This document shows, in pieces, positions 25,627 to 30,883 of a stretch of DNA of 37,894 nucleotides (position 1 is its first letter; each line of letters begins with the position of its first letter). Where the stretch lies: positions 1 through 37,894 of the forward strand of contig JASHVI010000197.1 in the NCBI GenBank assembly GCA_030039525.1, given 5' to 3'. Made by a program: the position numbers and the translations under genes. The DNA is from Thermoplasmata archaeon. Lineage in GTDB: Archaea > Thermoplasmatota > Thermoplasmata > Lutacidiplasmatales > UBA184. Below the pieces are notes generated by a model. It did not search any database. It was given only the letters and a program-made list of their open reading frames with translations, and had not been told where the DNA came from.

Positions 25627-25642
25627 GTTCGGTAATCCGAAC
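25627..25642. promoter_or_regulatory. Perfect palindrome GTTCGG-TAAT-CCGAAC abutting the wHTH-MNT start codon (candidate operator)
   Basis: gttcggtaatccgaac ends 1 nt before ATG 25643. The gene product carries a winged-helix domain. Confidence 0.4.
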
Positions 25643-26230
25643 ATGCGCTTCCACGGCACGCTGACCGAGGTCCTTGGCTCGCCGGTTAGGGTGGACCTTC
25701 TCCGGATCCTCGCGAAGGCGCACGGAGGCAGCTTCAGCGGGAGGGAGCTGGCTCGTCAGGTTTCAGCCTCTCCTTCTCAGGTCAACCTCCATCTGTGGGC
25801 GCTAAGGTCGCAAGGACTGGTGAGGGTCTCGACGCTTGGTCGCCTCCACTCGTGGAGTCTCTCGATCGAGCATGCTCTCGCCGAGCCGCTGCAGAGGCTC
25901 TTCGAAGCCGAACCGGCCCTGCTCGAGCAACTGCGGGAACGTCTGGAAGCCACGTTGCGCCCGCTACCGATCGAGCGTGCGATCCTGTTCGGATCCATCG
26001 CGCGTGCTCAAGAGCGTCCGGAGAGCGACATTGACCTCTTCGTCGAGACTCGCGGGAACGCGGAGAAGGAGCGGGTCGCGGAAGCGTTGGGTCGCGCGAG
26101 CGTCGAGATCACTCAGCGATTCGGCAATCCGCTCTCGAACCTGATCCTCACGCGCGCTCAAGTCGAGCGGGGTTGGAACCCCGCCCTTCTCGCGGCCATC
26201 GAGCGGGAAGGGATCCCCCTGCGGACCTGA
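25643..26230 (+). CDS. wHTH-fused minimal nucleotidyltransferase (MNT-type antitoxin of an MNT/HEPN pair)
   Basis: The last 196 codons of the 646-aa ORF 24290..26230, from ATG 25643. wHTH: VRVDLLRILAKAHGGSFSGRELARQVSASPSQVNLHLWALRSQGLV. NTase motif: ILFGSIARAQERPESDIDLFV (GSxxRGx(n)SDxDL). It is a paralogue of 28468..29061. Confidence 0.85.
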   Translation: MRFHGTLTEVLGSPVRVDLLRILAKAHGGSFSGRELARQVSASPSQVNLHLWALRSQGLVRVSTLGRLHSWSLSIEHALAEPLQRLFEAEPALLEQLRERLEATLRPLPIERAILFGSIARAQERPESDIDLFVETRGNAEKERVAEALGRASVEITQRFGNPLSNLILTRAQVERGWNPALLAAIEREGIPLRT

Positions 26231-26234
26231 GCAC

Positions 26235-26636
26235 ATGGCTCCGTATCGCAGCTCCGACGTACCGCGAAGCCGGGCAAGGGTCTACCTGCGCCGTGCCGAG
26301 GAATTGCTCCGGGCCGCGGACTGGGGATTGGAAGAAGGATACGCCAACGTCGCGGCGGTAAATTTCGTTCATGCCTCCATCTCGGCGGCCGATGCGTTTC
26401 TCGTTCAGCAGCTCGGTCAGCGATCGTCAGGAGCGGATCATCACGAGGTCCTGAACCTCCTGGCGAGTGCCACTTCGCCTGAGCGACGGGTAATCGGCCA
26501 GCACCTCCAACGAGTCCTGGACCGGAAGAACGAGGTCGAGTACCAAGACCGGGAAGTGACCCTCGGCGACGCCAAGGAACTCGGTAAGCACGCGCACCGG
26601 CTGATCGAAACCGTTCGCCGAACGCTCCCAAACTGA
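26235..26636 (+). CDS. HEPN-domain protein (toxin partner of MNT)
   Basis: It starts 4 nt after the MNT stop. It has an Rx4-6H-type motif (GQRSSGADHHEV) and aligns with 28070..28465 (GQRWSGQDHAGV; KNEVEYQDREVT versus KNRVEYESREFT). Confidence 0.8.
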   Translation: MAPYRSSDVPRSRARVYLRRAEELLRAADWGLEEGYANVAAVNFVHASISAADAFLVQQLGQRSSGADHHEVLNLLASATSPERRVIGQHLQRVLDRKNEVEYQDREVTLGDAKELGKHAHRLIETVRRTLPN

Positions 26637-26725
26637 GCCTCGTGTCGCGCACAAGGTTCCGGAGAAGCTCGTCCCCGGGCCTGTCGGACCGCCGGATCTC
26701 AGCCGACCGGCCAGGCCGTTGAGTG

Positions 26726-26829
26726 GCTCAAGTCCCCGAGGCACCTCGGTCGACTTGACGCGATTCCTCGTCAGAGAATCGGTGCCCTGGTGTGGGGGGG
26801 TGAACCGCAAGAAAGTTCAAGTCCGGAAC
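26726..26829 (+). repeat. Junction repeat unit U2 (about 104 nt)
   Basis: gctcaagtccccgagg (T-loop-like box) ... cgtcagagaatcg ... gtg-G6-tgaaccgcaagaaagttcaagtccggaac. The first box is 66 nt from the core, as in U3/U4. Confidence 0.7.
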
Positions 26830-26856
26830 GCGGGCGGTCACACGCCCGGCCAGAGC

Positions 26857-27201
26857 TCACTCGAGGTCAGGGATCTTATCGCGGGGGAGGAGGACCATGA
26901 TGGTCCGGGGCTCTCCAGGTCGGCGGCTCAGCACACCCCTCGATCCTAGCCGAACGATCATGGCGTGTGCAGATGGGCCGCGAACTCCAAGGAACTCCGC
27001 GATCTCGTTCTCCGAGGGTGGCATTCGGTGGACCTTGGTGTACCAATAGACGTAGGCGACGAGCTGCCCCTGGGACTTCGATAGGCGACCGGTCGCTTGC
27101 CTGTCTACGGAGGTTCCCCTCGAGGCGAGACCGTCCGTTGCTCCCTCGAGCAGGGGGTCCGGAGACCCCGATCTGACCGGGATCCGACCGTGGGGCGGCA
27201 T
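26857..27201 (-). CDS. LexA/MarR-like winged-helix DNA-binding protein (third gene of the vapBC operon)
   Basis: From ATG 27201, 1 nt after the vapC stop. LSKSQGQLVAYVYWYTKVHRMPPSENEIAEFLGVRGPSAHAMIVRLGSRGVLSR resembles the LexA N-terminal DNA-binding domain pattern (LTxxQ...G.PPSxxEIA...S...HL..LxxKG). Confidence 0.6.
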   Translation of the reverse strand: MPPHGRIPVRSGSPDPLLEGATDGLASRGTSVDRQATGRLSKSQGQLVAYVYWYTKVHRMPPSENEIAEFLGVRGPSAHAMIVRLGSRGVLSRRPGEPRTIMVLLPRDKIPDLE

Positions 27202-27202
27202 T

Positions 27203-27574
27203 CTACCGAACAAACCGCACGCGCGCGAGCCCCTCGAACTCGTGGGCACCGGTCAGGAACTCGTGTCCCCGGTCGAGGGCGTAGACGTATCCCGCAGCAT
27301 CGGCGTAGGAGAACCGGCGGCCGGTGGCGCCCTTCTTCGCGAGGCGGAACCGAGCAATCTCGGGGATGAGGTCCTTCGGAAGGTCGGTTGCGATGGTGGA
27401 GAGTTCCTTGAGGATCCTCATCGCCAGGGCCTCTCCTCCGGCCTCCGTCAGAACGTGGTAGGCTTCGAGAAGGTCCAGAGTCGAGGTGGCCACCTCCTCG
27501 GCCTCGACGAAGTCGTATCGAGAGTTGTCCCGCGCCATTTCGACGATGGCGTAGGAGTCGAGAAAGAGGCTCAA
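27203..27574 (-). CDS. vapC: PIN-domain ribonuclease toxin (VapC-like)
   Basis: LSLFLDSYAIVEM... (first acidic residue), ...SYADAAGYVYAL... and a C-terminal FLTG..EF motif fit a PIN domain. I chose the TTG start at 27574..27572 because it overlaps the vapB TGA (TTGA) and keeps the first Asp. The upstream ATG (27652) would overlap vapB by 80 nt. Confidence 0.75.
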   Translation of the reverse strand: MSLFLDSYAIVEMARDNSRYDFVEAEEVATSTLDLLEAYHVLTEAGGEALAMRILKELSTIATDLPKDLIPEIARFRLAKKGATGRRFSYADAAGYVYALDRGHEFLTGAHEFEGLARVRFVR

Positions 27575-27789
27575 TCTCGCTCCGTCCGTGCCGCCAGGAT
27601 CAGCTCGTCGGTTGGAGCCTTCGAGTGGAATCTTCCCCGGATCTTCGACCAATCTACCTTCCGAGGGATGACGATGTGGACCCTGGTTCCGGGTCTCGCG
27701 CGCAGTTCCTTGACCACCCTTGCCGGGATGAGGACGCCCATCGAGTCCCCCACTTTTCGCACCGTCGCGTCGAACTCCGTCACGCGCAT
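27571..27789 (-). CDS. vapB: AbrB/SpoVT-fold antitoxin (VapB/MazE-like)
   Basis: From ATG 27789: MRVTEFDATVRKVGDSMGVLIPARVVKELRARPGTRVHIVI is the swapped-hairpin AbrB pattern (xKVGxSxxVxIPxxVxxxL). Confidence 0.75.
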   Translation of the reverse strand: MRVTEFDATVRKVGDSMGVLIPARVVKELRARPGTRVHIVIPRKVDWSKIRGRFHSKAPTDELILAARTERD

Positions 27790-27798
27790 AGCAATGAG

Positions 27799-27810
27799 AT
27801 TATAATATAT
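27799..27810 (-). promoter_or_regulatory. AT-rich TATA-like box upstream of vapB
   Basis: attataatatat is the most AT-rich 12-mer I noticed in the window. It lies at -11..-21 of ATG 27789, closer than the canonical archaeal spacing, so the TSS and start need experimental check. Confidence 0.4.
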
Positions 27811-27943
27811 CTGTCCTTCGCATCTCCTTCGGCGACGTGAGCGGTCCAGCGGATCACGCCGTAACACGCTATATCACCGATTCCAGGAAGGTGCTCCGAA
27901 TGGCCCACGGAGTCGGGCGAGGGCACAGCAAGGGCCCTCCGAC

Positions 27944-28047
27944 GTTCAAATCCCTACGGGCCTCCCCCCAAATCCGGGGATTTCACGTCAGGAAACGGAG
28001 ATTCAGATGTCGGGGGGGGTGAACCGCAAGTAAGTTCAAATCTCGAG
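27944..28047 (+). repeat. Junction repeat unit U3 (about 104 nt)
   Basis: gttcaaatccctacgg ... tttcacgtcaggaaa ... cagatgtc-G8-tgaaccgcaagtaagttcaaatctcgag. Confidence 0.75.
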
Positions 28048-28069
28048 CACCCGGCGATAGACGGATCAC

Positions 28070-28465
28070 CTACGGCGGCAGCTGGGGCTTCACCCAAGCG
28101 CGAACTCTTGTCGCACTCTGGCGGACATCTTCGGCCTCCCTCTCGGTAAACTCGCGAGACTCATACTCGACTCGGTTCTTTGCCTCCAATGCCCTCGAGA
28201 TCTGTCGGACGATCCGATCGGAATCGGGAAGGTGCAACGATCCCACCATGCCAATCACGCCCGCATGGTCTTGGCCGCTCCAGCGCTGTCCGGCCCGCTG
28301 GACGGTTAGCGCGTCGCAGGCGGAGACCACGGCGTGGACGCCGAGAAGCCCGACAGTGTTCCAGGCCTGTTCCGTTGCAGCCCGGTCCATCTGTTTCGCA
28401 AAGTCGTTCGATCGTTGCCAGTACACTTCGTAGCGCGCCTTCGGTACGACTTCGGTCCGCCCCAC
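28070..28465 (-). CDS. HEPN-domain protein (toxin partner of MNT), paralogue of 26235..26636
   Basis: 131 aa with the R-x5-H motif GQRWSGQDH. It starts 2 nt after the stop of the upstream MNT gene. Confidence 0.8.
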   Translation of the reverse strand: MGRTEVVPKARYEVYWQRSNDFAKQMDRAATEQAWNTVGLLGVHAVVSACDALTVQRAGQRWSGQDHAGVIGMVGSLHLPDSDRIVRQISRALEAKNRVEYESREFTEREAEDVRQSATRVRAWVKPQLPP

Positions 28466-28467
28466 GG

Positions 28468-29061
28468 TTAATCACCTTTGAGCGCGTCGACTCCCTCTTC
28501 CTCGATCGTTCGGAGAAGCGAAGGATTTCGGGGGTGCCTCGCTTCTGCCCTGGTGTAGATCAGGGCAGAAACAGGATTCCCGAATCGATCCCAGAGTCGA
28601 GATCGCACGCGATCAATCGCCCCCTCTGCGCGCGACCTGTCCTTGGAATCTCGAACCTCGAGGTAGAGGTCAACGTCGCTGTCGGCCCGTTCGTCCCCGC
28701 GAGGGATCGAGCCAAAGAGCCGCGCTCTCTCGAGATTGGCCGGTCGAAGGCCCTCAGATAGGTCGTGGAGGAGTTGCGAGGGAAGACTGGCTTCGTTGGC
28801 GAACAACTCGGCGAGGACCGGTCTCAGCACATGGGCCGAATTCAACCGCCACGAGTAGGACTTCCCAACCACCGTCCGGGTGACCAGCGAAGTCTCCGAC
28901 AGGTCCCGAAGGTCGCGGGCCGTTTGTGCCGAAGACACACCCGCCGCCTTCGCAAGTTCTCGGCCGGTCCAGCTCCGACTCGGCGAAGCGAACAGCACCC
29001 GCAACAGGCCGAGCTTCGTGGTGCTACCCAGCATCGGGTTCAAGGCGTCTCGGAACTTCAT
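28468..29061 (-). CDS. wHTH-fused minimal nucleotidyltransferase (MNT-type), paralogue of 25643..26230
   Basis: From ATG 29061 (MKFRDALNPMLGSTTKLGLLRVLFASPSRSWTGRELAKAAGVSSAQTARDLRDL...). NTase motif: RLFGSIPRGDERADSDVDLYL. The C-terminal block GNPVSALIYTRAEARHPRNPSLLRTIEEEG matches GNPLSNLILTRAQVERGWNPALLAAIEREG. Confidence 0.85.
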   Translation of the reverse strand: MKFRDALNPMLGSTTKLGLLRVLFASPSRSWTGRELAKAAGVSSAQTARDLRDLSETSLVTRTVVGKSYSWRLNSAHVLRPVLAELFANEASLPSQLLHDLSEGLRPANLERARLFGSIPRGDERADSDVDLYLEVRDSKDRSRAEGAIDRVRSRLWDRFGNPVSALIYTRAEARHPRNPSLLRTIEEEGVDALKGD

Positions 29062-29078
29062 GTCTCTTATAAGAGACA
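29061..29078. promoter_or_regulatory. Perfect 18-bp palindrome TGTCTCTTATAAGAGACA overlapping the MNT start codon (candidate operator/TATA)
   Basis: I read it directly. The sequence is its own reverse complement. A second small palindrome, tctcgaga, follows at about 29085..29092. Confidence 0.45.
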
Positions 29079-29206
29079 CATGAATCTCTCGAGATACATA
29101 AGACCATCGCAAATCCGGCTGCCCTGAACTTGGGGTGCCGTGACGTAGAGGGCTGCGAGGGCGAGCCGAGCGCATGGGGGCGAGTGGGCCGCGAACGAGC
29201 TTGGAG

Positions 29207-29310
29207 GTTCAAATCCCTGCGGAGGGCGCGACGAAATCTGACAGTTTCACGTCAGAATATCGATGTCCAGATGTCGGGGGGGTGAACCGCACGAAAGTTC
29301 AAATCCCGAC
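29207..29310 (+). repeat. Junction repeat unit U4 (about 104 nt, best preserved)
   Basis: gttcaaatccctgcgg ... ctgacagtttcacgtcag ... cagatgtc-G7-tgaaccgcacgaaagttcaaatcccgac. Nested inverted repeats GTCGGG/CCCGAC and TGAAC/GTTCA. Confidence 0.8.
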
Positions 29311-29356
29311 CCGGGCCCGCCCCGATCTGCGTCTCACATGGTCGGCGAGCTCTCGG

Positions 29357-29386
29357 TATTGGGGATTATTGGGGCTTCTTCCAATA
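29357..29386. promoter_or_regulatory. Tandem direct repeat TATTGGGG(x2) plus inverted CCAATA upstream of the AbiEi-like gene (candidate operator)
   Basis: tattggggattattggggcttcttccaata. It sits immediately upstream of the TATA-like box. Confidence 0.4.
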
Positions 29387-29394
29387 AACAAGTC

Positions 29395-29408
29395 TTTTAA
29401 TACTAATT
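29395..29408 (+). promoter_or_regulatory. TATA-like box ttttaatactaatt at -30..-17 of ATG 29425 (leaderless geometry)
   Basis: I counted the spacing directly. The flanks are strongly AT-rich compared with the rest of the window. Confidence 0.5.
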
Positions 29409-29424
29409 CCGATATTGTGGGAAC

Positions 29425-29997
29425 ATGCCGCTGACCTACGGCGACGCGCTTCCCTCCCTCTTCGGGTCAAAGCCGTTCACTTCTCGGGAGTTCGCCCGAA
29501 GGGCGAACGCTCCCCGAGCGGCCAAGATTCTCAGCGAGCTGAAGCGACGGGGAATCGTCGAGCGGATGGGGCGTGGAATGTACCGCTGCCTCGGGCCGGA
29601 GGAGCGCCCAGATCTCCGACTTGCTGAGTGGAGTCGGGTCCGGAATGCGGTTCTCAACGGACCGACTAGGAAGGCCTGGACTGGCCGTTCGGCCGTCGAG
29701 CTCTGGACCGGTGGCAGGTACCGGCTTGCGCCCTCGCCTTTCTACCGGGTATTCGAACTGGCCATCCCTGCCAACCGGGCAGAGGATTGGCGAAAGTACC
29801 TGGCCAGCCGGAATGTGGCCACGCACATGGGCAAGAGGGTGGGGTCCCGTGTCGATCTCGTTCCAGTGGCCCGAGTGAAGTCGATCGAGATCGACGGGGA
29901 ACCCGTGATTCCCCGCGCTGAGGTCGAGGCCATCATCGATGGGCATCCTGCTCTCTACGCAGGGGCCAAGGACCTTCTCCTCGATGGACCCAGATAG
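29425..29997 (+). CDS. AbiEi-like antitoxin/transcriptional regulator (wHTH N-domain)
   Basis: PFTSREFARRANAPRAAKILSELKRRGIVERMGRGMYR matches the AbiEi N-terminal pattern (F...L.......L..L...G.l.r..RGlY). It overlaps the next gene by 14 nt. Confidence 0.65.
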   Translation: MPLTYGDALPSLFGSKPFTSREFARRANAPRAAKILSELKRRGIVERMGRGMYRCLGPEERPDLRLAEWSRVRNAVLNGPTRKAWTGRSAVELWTGGRYRLAPSPFYRVFELAIPANRAEDWRKYLASRNVATHMGKRVGSRVDLVPVARVKSIEIDGEPVIPRAEVEAIIDGHPALYAGAKDLLLDGPR

Positions 29998-30691
29998 TCG
30001 CGAACGCGCGGCGGTCCAACTGCTCGACGACTGGCCGTGGGATCTCGGCGGAGTGGTGATCGGAGGGTACGCGGTGTGCGCGTATGGGCCGCCGAGGTAC
30101 TCGACCGATGTGGACGTCGTGATCCCGTTCGCCTCCGCGAATGCCATTCGATCGTGGCTTCGCGAGCGGGGGTTCCAGCTCGAAAAACATTCCACGCCGA
30201 ATCCACAGAACTACGAGGGCCAGGTCGAGAGATTCGTGGGCGGTGACGTGACCCTGGACCTCCTGGCGGGTGCGGTCCGCGATCGTGAAGCCCAGGTCGA
30301 CATATCGGAAGCTTGGATCTCCGCCCGTCCGAGGAAGGTCCGACTCGAGACCCTCGCCGCGCGGACCAATTCCGAGATTCCAATCGCTCGACCCGAGGCG
30401 CTCTGGGCCCTCAAACTTCAATCCGGACGCGACTCCGATCTTTCGGATTTGTTCGCTATCTCAGAAGAAGCCGTCGATACGGACGAGGTGCGTCGCGCGC
30501 TTCTGGACGCACGGAGTCCATCGCTCGTCGACAAGCTTCGGAAAGTCAGAAAGAAGCTGGAAGAGAATCAACTGTACGTGGATTCGTTGAGCCGGCGCGA
30601 GCTCGGTCGGCCATCCGACCCAAAGAATCGCCGCAACTGGTCGAAATTCGTAGCGCAAGTTGACCGGATTCTAGTTCCAACCATTGTTTGA
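29984..30691 (+). CDS. Nucleotidyltransferase-fold protein (AbiEii/DUF-NTase-like toxin candidate)
   Basis: From ATG 29984 (MDPDSRERAAVQLL...). VIGGYAVCAYGPPRYSTDVDVVI fits GGxAx(n)RxTxDxD of Pol-beta-fold NTases. The track ORF starts 45 nt earlier at 29939. Confidence 0.7.
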   Translation: MDPDSRERAAVQLLDDWPWDLGGVVIGGYAVCAYGPPRYSTDVDVVIPFASANAIRSWLRERGFQLEKHSTPNPQNYEGQVERFVGGDVTLDLLAGAVRDREAQVDISEAWISARPRKVRLETLAARTNSEIPIARPEALWALKLQSGRDSDLSDLFAISEEAVDTDEVRRALLDARSPSLVDKLRKVRKKLEENQLYVDSLSRRELGRPSDPKNRRNWSKFVAQVDRILVPTIV

Positions 30692-30728
30692 TGATCTTAC
30701 GTTGGCGGAGCAACTTAATCCCAAGCCG

Positions 30729-30733
30729 TTTTT
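30729..30733 (+). terminator. Oligo-T stretch (possible archaeal terminator for the cassette-4 operon)
   Basis: A ttttt run about 38 nt after the 30691 stop, just before the tRNA 3' end on the opposite strand. Confidence 0.25.
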
Positions 30734-30739
30734 CACAGG

Positions 30740-30842
30740 TGTCGGGGGGGGGATTTGAACCCCCGGCCCCAGGATCTCTCCGGGACCGCCGGCGGGCGGT
30801 CCCCTATGAGTCCCGTGCTCTACCAGGCTGAGCCACCCCGAC
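30740..30842 (-). tRNA. tRNA with CAU anticodon (elongator Met or Ile2) containing a 29-nt intron at position 37/38
   Basis: Reverse complement: GTCGGGG-TG-GCTC-AGCCTGGTA-GAGC-A-CGGGA-CTCATA[GGGGACCGCCCGCCGGCGGTCCCGGAGAG]A-TCCTG-GGGCC-GGGGG-TTCAAAT-CCCCC-CCCCGAC-A. All four stems pair, with one G-U in the anticodon stem. The intron contains a 9-bp helix GGGACCGCC/GGCGGTCCC. G1-C72 and A31-U39 argue against an initiator tRNA. No CCA is encoded. Confidence 0.9.
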
Positions 30843-30883
30843 AGGGAACACGGTCACGGGCCCACGCCCGGGACGGAGGACGC

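Larger units (their letters stand above)
25549..30842. mobile_element. Putative tRNA-anchored array of four toxin-antitoxin cassettes (integration hotspot or cassette array); no recombinase gene present
   Basis: Four direct copies of a repeat core start at 25549, 26792, 28009 and 29273. The matching sequence at the tRNA 3' end starts at 30741. The spacings are 1243, 1217, 1264 and 1468 nt. Each interval contains exactly one self-contained TA-type operon with its own AT-rich promoter. See findings. Confidence 0.4.

Noticed and set aside
24290-26230. 646-aa plus-strand ORF spanning the SDR gene (antisense), repeat U1 and the MNT gene
   Set aside because: Only the last 196 codons (from ATG 25643) look like protein (wHTH plus NTase motifs). 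The first about 450 codons are Arg/Pro/Gly-rich, run antisense to a well-supported SDR gene, and cross the intergenic repeat. This is a typical high-GC shadow ORF.
25549-29310. CRISPR array interpretation of the four direct repeats
   Set aside because: The repeats are about 1.2 kb apart rather than 30-50 nt, and the intervening sequence encodes complete operons. No cas genes are present.
26726-29310. T-loop-like GTTCAAATCC boxes as genuine, split or permuted tRNA genes
   Set aside because: I could not fold a cloverleaf around any box. The nucleotides 5' of each TTCAAAT loop do not pair with those 3' of it, and no matching acceptor 5' strands or anticodon arms were found. Stretches such as GAGTGGGCCGCGA upstream of U4 look vaguely like a class II tRNA variable arm, so degenerate tRNA pseudogene fragments remain possible. 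This needs tRNAscan-SE or Infernal.
25551-30750. Poly-G tracts (7-9 G) in the repeats as G-quadruplex elements
   Set aside because: Each site has a single G run rather than four closely spaced runs. The tracts are more simply explained as the complement of the tRNA acceptor/T-stem C run.
25455-30842. Calling the array a bona fide integron or an integrated virus or plasmid
   Set aside because: I recognise no IntI-like or other integrase, no replication, capsid or conjugation genes, and cassette orientations are mixed. Only the weaker label of cassette array or integration hotspot is justified from the sequence.
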